From: Octopus bimaculoides
Taxonomy: Eukaryota
DNA length: 32,635 nucleotides
Assembly: GCF_001194135.2 (NCBI RefSeq)
Contig: NC_068990.1
Coordinates: 34,540,935 to 34,573,569, forward strand
Direction: 5' to 3'
This document shows, piece by piece, positions 21,786 through 32,414 of this stretch; the stretch's first letter is position 1, and the number at the start of each line of letters is the position of its first letter. The position numbers and the translations under genes are program-made. Below the pieces are notes generated by a model, which did not search any database, was not told where the DNA came from, and saw nothing but the letters and a program-made list of their open reading frames with translations.

Positions 21786-21958
21786 AGGCGTAGGCATCGG
21801 TGTGTGGTAAGTTTGCTTCCAAACCACTTGGTTTCTTTTCAGCCCTACTGTGTGGAATTTTGGGAAAACTGTTTTAACTATCTTCTGCAATAACTCCACA
21901 GTGACTAAAGCCTTGTGAGTGGATTTGGTAGGCGGAAAATGAAAGAAGCCCGTCGTAT
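21786..21958 (+). mobile_element. 5' half of CORE-type SINE, diverged
   Basis: AGGCGTAGG..GTGTGGTAAG..AACCAC..AAAGCCTTGTGAGTGGATTTGGTAGGCGGAAAATGAAAGAAGCCCGTCGTATA, homologous to 32415-32585(-). Confidence 0.8.
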
Positions 21959-21965
21959 AAATATA

Positions 21966-23186
21966 CAGAAGGTGAAGCCAAACATTATCTACACTTTGGC
22001 CACGAAGGTTACCAGCACTGCCTTCATCGCTCGCATGCTTGAAGGTAGTATTGTGATTAAGTAACCGAGGTTTAATCTTGATCGCTCCAGTTTTCTTTCT
22101 TGCGTCACGTGGTAAATATGGTCTCTTTGCTGGCAATATGTAAAGGAAGAACAGGGATCAGTGATCGGATTTCTCTGGTCTGAAGGTGTGTCGGGGAGTG
22201 AAATTCATCGCAGGTTCTCAGTATAATATGGGTACAGCGAGAAGGGTGTATTAGTGAATCGCGAAGTTTAAAAATGACAGGATAAGCATGAAGCATGAAG
22301 AGAGTGCAAGACTCCTATCGACCATCATCACTGACATGAAGATTGAAGGAGCTCGAGAGTGACCAATGTTAAGGTGGTATGTTCTCTACAATTAGTCATA
22401 GTTCTATATACGAATTGAACTAGGACAAGCTTGGCTTCCGTAAAGTCTATGCGAGATGGGTGCTAAATAAGACTTACGGAACTAGATAAGCACAATCCGG
22501 TGGAGATCCGTCAACGCTTACTCGACTCCTTCAGCGATGAAGGTGAAGCTGTTTTGGAGAGAATAGGCACAGGTGATGAGACCTGTGTCCATCACTTTAA
22601 ACCAAAATCCTAAAGGCAAAGTATGGAGTGCAAATACTCGGAATTCAAACCTCAGACTTCCGCTGAAAATGTGATCCTAACACAAAGGGGAGTATATTAG
22701 AACTTTACCTAGAAAAGGAGGTCTACAGTCATCAGTGTTAGCTCAATGACATGCTGGTCAAGCAATTGAAACCAGCAGTTCGCACCAAAGGTAGAGGTCT
22801 ATTGTCAAACCAAGTGTTATTGTTACGTGACAATCCATGGCCACATACAGGCGCCCACACCGGTGAAACCATTAAAAAATTGGGTTTCGAGGGGCAGGAA
22901 CACCCTGCATACAGACCAGATCCCGTCCTTCTCACAGTCACCTCCTTGGACTGCTCAAATATCCTTTATGAGGTTGTCGATTTGTTACGGGCGAAGAAGC
23001 GTAGAAAGCGGTGCTTAAATAGCTGCGCGACGAGCTGAAAATCGAATAAGCACGCTCGTAGACCGATGGAAGAACTTCATCGGAAAGCAAGGAAACAGTT
23101 GAAAAATGCAGTCATCGATCATCCTCTGCTTTCATTTTACTAAATTACAATGACAAGAGTGAGTACAATTTTTGACTTACCATTTC

Positions 23187-23187
<1 letters not shown>
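21966..23187 (+). mobile_element. Near full-length decayed mariner (DD34D, Mos1/SETMAR-like) element; transposase pseudogene ~22118-23108
   Basis: KEEQGSVIGFLWSEG..EIHRR; DKLGFRKVYARWVL (WVP motif); ERIGTGDETCVHHF; VLLLRDNPWPHT; HPAYRPDPV (YSPDLAP motif); RWKNFIGKQG. Degenerate TIRs at 21966-21995 and 23160-23187; ~1.2 kb. Confidence 0.9.
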
Positions 23188-23244
<57 letters not shown>

Positions 23245-23316
23245 NNNNNNNNNNNNNNNNNNNNNNNNNNNNNNNNNNNNNNNNNNNNNNNNNNNNNNNN
23301 NNNNNNNNNNNNNNNN

Positions 23317-23353
<37 letters not shown>

Positions 23354-23852
23354 TGACTAGTCAAATGGTTAAAATGTCACTTCGCAATTCCCGAGTTCGA
23401 CCTAATTTCGCAGTATCTTAGCTAAACATCATCTTCTGTAGCTCCGGGTGAATCGATTCTTTGCGAGTTGTCAGAACTCTTAAAAATAAAAAATAAAAAT
23501 CCTTTGCGCGGGTTGTTCCAGACGTGCAAAAAGATAGGGCTTTGTCACATCTTACGTCACATTGATTCTGCTTTGGAATTGCGTTAAAAGCACACGTCTC
23601 TGGAATTCTCAGCCACTTACAAAATTTAATCCCTTAACAGGTAATTCAGTTGATTAGACATCTGAATCCGCTTCGTCGAACAACATAGATCCACCTTCAT
23701 AGTAACTTATAAAACAAACGTAGAATTCTCAGTCACGAATTATCACGAACTGCTGAAAATTATAGAAGCGTGCAAATTCAAATTCTTGCAATAACATACG
23801 CAGACAGTCAACTCTTTTAACTTGCAGTCCCCTTTTTACGCCCCTTGCCCCC

Positions 23853-23925
<73 letters not shown>

Positions 23926-24828
23926 GTCATTATATATGTATGTACATATATATATATATTTTTTCTTTCCGCTTCAGCTCAGAGCTGTGGCCATGTATGT
24001 ATGCATATATATATATGTTTGTATAATTGTCATTATAAACATGTATAATATATTTGGGTACATGCGTACTTGTGATTGTCTTTATGCATAAGTGTTTATC
24101 TATAATATGCTGTTGCTGTGCGTATGCTATTATTTTTAATTATGTTTTAGTGGAGTTAAGGGAAGACGAGGTGGGTGTTATTCCTGTTCACTGAGCGTAA
24201 AACATTTCAAACATTTACATGTGTTCCACGTCCAACGATCTTATTAACGTACAGTATTTTAGAGCGACCCGCCAATCGTGCCAGCCACACCCTCACACAC
24301 CATTACAGACCCTCACAGACCGCCTGTAACTCGCATATTGAAACAAAAGCCACTAAAGAAAAAGCCCCACTTAATCCTCTCAGCCCTCCCCCTTCATTCA
24401 GTCCATCGCGCTCCGCCCGACCCCGGTTTGTTTATCGACATTCTCTCTATTAAATGGCATGGCATTATCAACCAATAGGGATTCCGCAACTCAATCTACC
24501 ATATTCCGGCATCATCATCATNNNNNNNNNNNNNNNNNNNNNNNNNNNNNNNNNNNNNNNNNNNNNNNNNNNNNNNNNNNNNNNNNNNNNNNNNNNNNNN
24601 NNNNNNNNNNNNNNNNNNNNNNNNNNNNNNNNNNNNNNNNNNNNNNNNNNNNNNNNNNNNNNNNNNNNNNNNNNNNNNNNNNNNNNNNNNNNNNNNNNNN
24701 NNNNNNNNNNNNNNNNNNNNNNNNNNNNNNNNNNNNNNNNNNNNNNNNNNNNNNNNNNNNNNNNNNNNNNNNNNNNNNNNNNNNNNNNNNNNNNNNNNNN
24801 NNNNNNNNNNNNNNNNNNNNNNNNNNNN

Positions 24829-24863
<35 letters not shown>

Positions 24864-25488
24864 CATAAATTCATACATACACAGACGCATATACACACAC
24901 ACCAACACACACACCGTCACACACACACACACACACACACGCGCGCACGTACACACACGTAAACCCATATATATTACACGTGATTCATCTATCTCCAATA
25001 TATATTACTTATCATAGATGTATATATGCGTGTGTGTGTTTGTGTGTGCTTGAGCGTGTGGGCATGTGTATGTATACATAGACTAATGCATACTCACACA
25101 CACATGTATCTATGTCGAATATACATACATAAGTTACTCTATCTAATCATATTTTAATCTATAATCTATACATATATACATATATTACCCTACGTATATC
25201 TCATTTCTTTCTAACCTTCCCTTCTTTATATTTTTTCATCTTTGCTTGTTTGTTTGTTTCTTTCTTTCACATATATCTGCATATATTATCCTATCCATAT
25301 CTCATCCCTCTCTCCCTCTCGCCCTCTCCCCCTCTCTCGCTTTCATCCCGTCTTTTCCCCCCTACGCACATGCACACGTACGCGCATCTATCATCCCGTT
25401 TCTATCACATCCATATTTATCTCTTATGCACACAGCATCTCTCATATCTATATCTGTAACTCACACAAACATCAATTTCCTATCTATA

Positions 25489-25534
<46 letters not shown>

Positions 25535-25630
25535 TCACATACACACACACACACACACACACACGCGCGCATCTCCCCTTCTGTATAACAGCTATTAAAT
25601 CAATTTTTTTTTCATAATTTGAAACTAATT

Positions 25631-25744
25631 TTACTCTTTACTCTTTTACACGTTTCAACCATTTGACTGCGGCCATGCTATTGCAACGCCTTTAGTCGAA
25701 CAAATCGACCCCAGGTACTTATTCTTTGTAAGCCTAGTACTTAT
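25631..25744 (-). mobile_element. 3' end of CORE-type SINE
   Basis: CATTTGACTGCGGCCATGCT..CGCCTTTAGTCGAACAAATCGACCCCAGG.ACTTATTCTTTGTAAGCCTAGTACTTAT is the reverse complement of 1-80 and 21668-21775. Confidence 0.85.
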
Positions 25745-26214
25745 GTTCTGGTGTGACAACATCGGATAGTCTGGTCAATGCAGTGATACAGTTGTGTGTA
25801 GAGGGAGTATGTGTGTGTGTGAGAGAGAGAGAGAGACAGACAGAAGTAGATATGTCTGTCTGTCTCTCTCATATGTACCTTCTGTCTGTCTGTCTCATAC
25901 CCCCCCCCTATACACAACTATATCACTGTATTGACAAGACTATCCGATGCTGTTAAACATTGTGACCCTCTGGTCACGATGCACTTCCTCGCATTCTTGT
26001 ATCTTTCGAATGATGCCATCCTGATTGCTTGGCAGGCATCCACCTGACGTTTTGTCAGCATTGAGACCTCCTTATTTACCCTTCTATTTTCTGCTGCAAC
26101 CATCAGACGTACCACCACCACCACCACCACCACCACCATCACCAGCAACAGCAACAGCAATAACATCATCACCAGCAGAAACAGCAGCAACATACCTCCT
26201 AAACGTGACCCCAG

Positions 26215-26360
26215 TCCGTAACAGATTTACTCATTTGCGGCTGAATCGAATGGAGCAATGTGAAATGTTTTGCTGAAGAACACAACACGCCGTCAGTGTG
26301 AGGATCGAAACCATGATCTTATAATCGAGAGTACAACACCGTAATCAGTAGGTCACATGC
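26215..26360 (-). mobile_element. Diverged tRNA-SINE with CORE-like segment (fourth family)
   Basis: GGAGCAATGTGAAATGTTTTGCTGAAGAACACAAC (CORE-like AGTGTCTTGCTCAAGGACACAAC), followed by a reverse-complemented tRNA-like head GATCGAAACC..AATCAGTAGGTCAC. Confidence 0.65.
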
Positions 26361-27254
26361 TTCAACAACCTTCACATACACCCAAGAAAAAAAAACGCAA
26401 AATGCAGTGAATGGAAATATTTGAACTACCTGATATTATCCATGTAGTTGGTAGACAAAATTGTACTCGAGACACGTTTAAAATGTTGGAGCAACTACCA
26501 AGGGAGATAACTGTGAAGTGTCGTACTTCAAAGCAGTTGGTGAAGGACATTTCGGTTATATACCGACAGGTTCTGAGTTCAGAACTTGTTGAAGTTAAAA
26601 GTCGATTTTACCGTTTGTGCATTCGTACTTCCGGGAGCAATAGCAATGAAGTAAATCACTAGGAAAATACTGAGGAGCTGTGATTAAAATCAACTGCATC
26701 CACTTGACGTTTTGTCAGTATTTAAATCTCCTTTTTTTATCCTCCGTTGCATCAGGCGGCTATTATCGCAACCATCTGAGGAAACACCACCACTACCACG
26801 ACGACGACGACTACGACGACGACCACGACCACGACCACGATCNNNNNNNNNNNNNNNNNNNNNNNNNNNNNNNNNNNNNNNNNNNNNNNNNNNNNNNNNN
26901 NNNNNNNNNNNNNNNNNNNNNNNNNNNNNNNNNNNNNNNNNNNNNNNNNNNNNNNNNNNNNNNNNNNNNNNNNNNNNNNNNNNNNNNNNNNNNNTCTCAC
27001 CACTATCACCAGTATCAGGAGCACCACCACCACCATCACCACAACCACTAATAATAATAATAATAAGATGACCAACATGAGTGAAACAAGTAATTTCTAG
27101 ACATATCAGAAATAACAGCTAAATTTCCCCAATTCCGCCTAATCCCACTGTACTGTAATAAGGCCCAGTTGATGATTAGGAAGGACACTGAATCGTAAAT
27201 CACGCTCTACCTTCTTAGAAAAACACGTGTTGGATAAAGGAATTTGGCGAGGGT

Positions 27255-27345
27255 CACAGCCAGAATGCATTAGATCGTACGTTGAATGTGCAAGCTCAGG
27301 TGTGACCTGGGGTTAAACAACAAAAACAATAGCAACAACAACAAT
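27255..27345 (+). mobile_element. 3' tail fragment of the unidentified TGACCTGGGGTTAAACAAC family
   Basis: GTGACCTGGGGTTAAACAACAAAAACAATAGCAACAAC. Confidence 0.55.
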
Positions 27346-27707
27346 ACGAACCAATTTAGTAATTTGCCCTCGTCTTTTCACTCAATTACACTGTTTCATA
27401 ATCCATTATACAACCATACCCTCCCCTCTATTCCTCCACCCGGCATGTCTCTTTAATCATCCTGCACCTATCCACCCAGTTATTTATCCACCCGCCATGC
27501 TCTTTCATCCATCCAGTGCAAGCTCCAGTTTACCCATCCATTCATCTCTCCGCAACGCTCCTCCGTTCATTCAGACACCATCCCTCCACCCATCCATCCT
27601 TCCACATACCCTCTATCTCTTCCCCGTTTAAACGTCTTGTGTCTTTTATTTCATTGATCATGGCTGTCTCCGCCTTCTTTCCTTTCTTGTTTCCTTCCTG
27701 CCTGCCT

Positions 27708-27846
27708 TCGTTCGTTCGTTCGTTCGTTCGTTCGTTCGTTCGTTCGTGCGTTCGTTCATTGGTTCCCTTCTTCTTCTTCTTCTTCTTCTTCTTCTTCTTC
27801 TTCTTCTTCTTCTTCTTCTTCTTCTTCTTCTTCTTCTTCTTCTTCT
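27708..27846. repeat. (TTCG)n and (TTC)n microsatellites
   Basis: Directly visible; source of the poly-F/K/L ORFs. Confidence 0.95.
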
Positions 27847-28420
27847 TGATTACTGTGTCTTTATCTATGTTTTCTGCCCATGTTTTCATATTTTGTTTCC
27901 TTCATCATTCATTTCTCACCATCTCTCTTCTCGTATTCCTTCCACTAAGACCCCGCTTTCTCTCTCTCTCTCTCTCTCTCTNNNNNNNNNNNNNNNNNNN
28001 NNNNNNNNNNNNNNNNNNNNNNNNNNNNNNNNNNNNNNNNNNNNNNNNNNNNNNNNNNNNNNNNNNNNNNNNNNNNNNNNNNNNNNNNNNNNNNNNNNNN
28101 NNNNNNNNNNNNNNNNNNNNNNNNNNNNNNNNNNNNNNNNNNNNNNNNNNNNNNNNNNNNNNNNNNNNNNNNNNNNNNNNNNNNNNNNNNNNNNNNNNNN
28201 NNNNNNNNNNNNNNNNNNNNNNNNNNNNNNNNNNNNNNNNNNNNNNNNNNNNNNNNNNNNNNNNNNNNNNNNNNNNNNNNNNNNNNNNNNNNNNNNNNNN
28301 NNNNNNNNNNNNNNNNNNNNNNNNNNNNNNNNNNNNNNNNNNNNNNNNNNATATATATATATATATATATAATGTAATAAGATACATAGCGTGAATATAG
28401 GGACGCTTAGGATGTGAATT

Positions 28421-29599
28421 CAGGGTTGAACAAAATAATAGAAACACCTTGTCAAATGGAAGTTTTATTCTTTAATATGGAGTTGGTCCACCTTTGGCAT
28501 CAATCACAGCTTCCATACTTCGAGGAACTGACTTGTGCAAGTTCTGAATACTTGCTAGGAGAATTTGGATATATTTCTCAAGTAAAACCTGCTTTATATC
28601 TGTCAGCGATGAAATGAGGGAAGCAACTCCTCACTTGCTGTTCTAAAAGGCACCATTAAAGTTCGATTATATTGATTACAGGGGCCAGTCCAAGTGATCT
28701 ACTCTACTCTACTATCTGTACTCTCTGTACCAATGTTGAATAATATTAGCCATGTGAATCGGTGTATTATCGTTCGACAATAAAATGCTAACATCGAACA
28801 ACAATGTTTACGCCACAGCATGGACATAACCAGTCAAAGTACTCCGATCATCCTTGGCGTTAACTTTGTCATATAGATCAACTAAACGGCCAAAAGAATT
28901 CTTTTATATGGATGCTAAGATCAATACAAAGCCACGTTCATAATTCACAATTCACCTCCATAATATACAAACACTCAGGTTTGAATTTTTCTTTGGATTA
29001 TTTCAGGAAATGAACTCGCTCCGAAGTGGGAAGAAGGATGTGTCAGAGCCTTTGACCACTTCTGATAGACGTGGCACCATTTGCAGCCCTCCCATGTATC
29101 TAGCTTTATGGAACTCATGACAATTGGCTTTTGGTTGATACAGGGTTGATAAAGTGTTTGTTTAATTCTGGAGCCGCTTTTGTTGATGTAGTTCGATGGT
29201 TTTAAAATAATACGTTTCATTGTTCCGCGGTCATTTTCTGTGAGCTTTGCCTTCCGTCCAGAATTATACTTGCCAAAGCTGGTTTTATCTCGGTTTTGGA
29301 ATGCCAACATGGTTTTAGAAACTGTGTCTCTAGAAACATTAAAGAATTCATCTGTCTTAGTGGCTGAAGATCCAGCCATCTTATAGGCCATTTTAGCTTA
29401 AATAAATATAAATAGCTGAAAATAAAAAAGATAGGAAAGAGAAAGAAAAAAAGCAGAAGGCTATATCATGAAATACAAGACATTTAAAACATGAACAAAT
29501 ATATACAGATTAGAGTAGTTTTGAATTTATTATACTGCCAATGGAAAAAGAAATAGCTAAACATAAAGTAGTGTTGCCCTAACTTTTATCTAACCTTGT
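28421..29599 (-). mobile_element. Near full-length decayed Tc1 element; transposase pseudogene ~28472-29391
   Basis: N-terminus MAGSSATKTDEFFNVSRDTVSKTM..NSGRKAKLTENDRGTMKRI; NHRTTSTKAAPELN; DNTPIH; C-terminus HLDWP..NIIEL*W..SVPRSMEAVIDAKGGPTPY*. TIR CAGGGTTGAACAAAATAATAGAAACACC at 28421 and a degenerate partner at 29571-29598. Confidence 0.88.
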
Positions 29600-29944
29600 T
29601 ATATACACATACACGCATACATACATACATACATACATATAAATACACACATATGTATATATATATTTATGCATACATCCACAACGCATTTATGCGCGCA
29701 TATATGTGTATAAGAATGTATGTGTTTTGTTTTAAACTGCATTCTTTTCACACCCTATCAAACATGATGCTGTGAAAATCGACAAGGGAATTAATTTTAA
29801 ATAAACTGAATATTTCATAAGTATTGAGTACTCTCCTCATTTATCAACAGATAATTACTTTAAATACACAAACACAAGTACACATGTGCACTGATACACA
29901 CACCACCACTACATACACATTTACTCATACACAAACACACATTT

Positions 29945-30160
29945 ATTCTTTTCTTTTCTACTCTAGGCACAAGGCACAAAATTTTGGGGAAGTGGATGCC
30001 AGTCGATTAGATCGACCGCAGTACGCAAGTGGTACTTAATTTATTGACCCGAAAGGATGAAAGGCAAAGTCGATCTCGGTGGAATTTGAACTCAGAACGA
30101 AAAAACAGACGAAATACTGCTAAACATTTCGCCCGGCTAACGTGGTAACTTGTCCGCCTT
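29945..30160 (-). mobile_element. Meta-domain SINE, near full length
   Basis: GGTACTTAATTTATTGACCCGAAAGGATGAAAGGCAAAGTCGATCTCGGTGGAATTTGAACTCAGAAC..CATTTCGCCCGG..CCGCCTT is the reverse complement of the 2234-2438 family. Confidence 0.85.
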
Positions 30161-30199
30161 ACAAACACGCATATGTTATGAGTGTTTAATTTTAGACAT

Positions 30200-30462
30200 T
30201 TTTTTATGCGCCCTTTAAAAGCCTAGCCCGGTTTCTATGGCGTATGTGTCCCACCCCACCCCCAGCTGGACGGGACGCTAGTCCATCGCAGCGTTACTCA
30301 AGAAACAGGAAGAAAGAGTGAGCGAAAGTTAGGGCGAAAGAGTACAACAGGGGTCGCCACCACCCCGTGCCGGAGACTCGTGGAACTTTAGGTCTTTTCG
30401 CTCAATAAACACACACAACGCCCGGTCTGAGAATCGAAACCGCGATTCTCCGACCGCGAGTC
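30200..30462 (-). mobile_element. Third-family SINE with an alternative 3' tail
   Basis: 30301-30462 aligns with 13005-13167; 30200-30300 (..GCTGGACGGGACGCTAGTCCATCGCAGCGTTAC) does not align with 12906-13004. Confidence 0.8.
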
Positions 30463-30479
30463 CAATACACCACACCCAA

Positions 30480-30521
<42 letters not shown>

Positions 30522-31439
30522 NNNNNNNNNNNNNNNNNNNNNNNNNNNNNNNNNNNNNNNNNNNNNNNNNNNNNNNNNNNNNNNNNNNNNNNNNNNNNNN
30601 NNNNNNNNNNNNNNNNNNNNNNNNNNNNNNNNNNNNNNNNNNNNNNNNNNNNNNNNNNNNNNNNNNNNNNNNNNNNNNNNNNNNNNNNNNNNNNNNNNNN
30701 NNNNNNNNNNNNNNNNNNNNNNNNNNNNNNNNNNNNNNNNNNNNNNNNNNNNNNNNNNNNNNNNNNNNNNNNNNNNNNNNNNNNNNNNNNNNNNNNNNNN
30801 NNNNNNNNNNNNNNNNNNNNNNNNNNNNNNNNNNNNNNNNNNNNNNNNNNNNNNNNNNNNNNNNNNNNNNNNNNNNNNNNNNNNNNNNNNNNNNNNNNNN
30901 NNNNNNNNNNNNNNNNNNNNNNNNNNNNNNNNNNNNNNNNNNNNNNNNNNNNNNNNNNNNNNNNNNNNNNNNNNNNNNNNNNNNNNNNNNNNNNNNNNNN
31001 NNNNNNNNNNNNNNNNNNTATATATATATATATATGTGTGTTTGTGTGTATATGTGCATATGTGTATGCATATATGCATATAGGCATGTGCTTATCCGCG
31101 TGTATATGCATATATGTATATATGTTGTGTGCTGTCATATTTCCTGTGGAATATTTATTCAACGAGTTACAGAGCATCTAATCAAGTATGGTTCAATTTA
31201 TCAATTCCTAATATCCACAAGTCTGTATCAGTTATTGAACTATTCACCTGGATCATGTATTGATTCAATTCGATAATTTATTGATAGATCATCTAATAAT
31301 ACAATCACTCTTCAACTTTTACTGATTGCTTCTTTTCCTTTTGTTTTTTGTTTTTGTTTTTGTTACATCGATCTTTTAAAATCTGATAGATGTTGGACAG
31401 GTCTACATGGAACTACTTGAGAGAACTTTAGAGCACGAA

Positions 31440-31458
31440 GCTACTACCACTACTACAT

Positions 31459-31498
<40 letters not shown>

Positions 31499-31595
31499 TA
31501 CCACCACCACCACCACCACCACCACTACTACTACTACTACCACCACCACCATCACAACCACTACTACTAATACTACTACCACCACCACCACCACA

Positions 31596-31634
<39 letters not shown>
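31440..31634. repeat. (ACT)n/(ACC)n microsatellite
   Basis: Directly visible; source of the poly-Thr/Val ORFs. Confidence 0.95.
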
Positions 31635-32254
31635 NNNNNNNNNNNNNNNNNNNNNNNNNNNNNNNNNNNNNNNNNNNNNNNNNNNNNNNNNNNNNNNNNN
31701 NNNNNNNNNNNNNNNNNNNNNNNNNNNNNNNNNNNNNNNNNNNNNNNNNNNNNNNNNNNNNNNNNNNNNNNNNNNNNNNNNNNNNNNNNNNNNNNNNNNN
31801 NNNNNNNNNNNNNNNNNNNNNNNNNNNNNNNNNNNNNNNNNNNNNNNNNNNNNNNNNNNNNNNNNNNNNNNNNNNNNNNNNNNNNNNNNNNNNNNNNNNN
31901 NNNNNNNNNNNNNNNNNNNNNNNNNNNNNNNNNNNNNNNNNNNNNNNNNNNNNNNNNNNNNNNNNNNNNNNNNNNNNNNNNNNNNNNNNNNNNNNNNNNN
32001 NNNNNNNNNNNNNNNNNNNNNNNNNNNNNNNNNNNNNNNNNNNNNNNNNNNNNNNNNNNNNNNNNNNNNNNNNNNNNNNNNNNNNNNNNNNNNNNNNNNN
32101 NNNNNNNNNNNNNNNNNNNNNNNNNNNNNNNNNNAATCGTTGTATGAACAGGATTGGGTATTATAAGTCGTGTATTAGCGTGTGTATATGTAAATATATA
32201 AAAACAAAAGGATAAAGAGAGCAAAGGTAAGGTTGAAGAATTTTATGGATCTTG

Positions 32255-32375
32255 TCTCCGTATTCTTTCTGTTGAAGAGCGTAGCTCGAAACATCAAAGA
32301 CTTTCCGTATTCCCGAGCGTCATACTAATACATCCTTTTGTTATTTACACCACCTGTCCTCGTCTGTTGTTGTTT
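32255..32375 (+). mobile_element. Penelope-like terminal repeat fragment (copy 2)
   Basis: CTGTTGAAGAGCGTAGCTCGAAACATCAAAGACTTTCC..GAGCGTCATACTAATACA..CACCACCTGTCCTCGTC; homologous to 10485-10610. The assignment rests on the hammerhead-like motif and recall. Confidence 0.55.
32264..32300 (+). ncRNA. Minimal type-I hammerhead-ribozyme-like motif with variant core
   Basis: Stem I UCUUU(32264-68)/AAAGA(32296-300); core CUGUUGA-A; stem II GAGC-GUA-GCUC; GAAAC; NUH triplet AUC (32293-95). Confidence 0.5.
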
Positions 32376-32414
32376 TTTCGTATATTCTCCCATATATATA
32401 TATATACATAGATA

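Larger units (their letters stand above)
1123..32134. other. 13 assembly gaps (N runs): 1123-1435, 8415-8791, 12124-12905, 15628-15950, 18456-18613, 19802-19861, 20793-21667, 23245-23316, 24522-24828, 26843-26994, 27982-28350, 30522-31018, 31635-32134
   Basis: N characters. Nearly all are bordered by simple repeats, as is typical of short-read scaffolding. Confidence 0.99.

Noticed and set aside
23355-23450. Possible very old SINE head (also 17405-17450)
   Set aside because: Too degenerate to align confidently by eye.
23541-23646. Donor CAG|GTAATT at 23641 and opposite-strand donor GTAAGT at 23615-23620
   Set aside because: No adequate acceptor for the plus-strand frame, and all minus-strand frames contain stops.
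26411-26662. 83-aa ORF MEIFELPDIIHVVGRQ..
   Set aside because: No recognisable motif or splice signals; length is compatible with chance.
44-32224. Most long ORFs in the six-frame track (poly-YI/CV/HT/L/I/T/V and X-filled)
   Set aside because: They are translations of di-, tri- and tetranucleotide microsatellites or read through N-gaps; no domain content.
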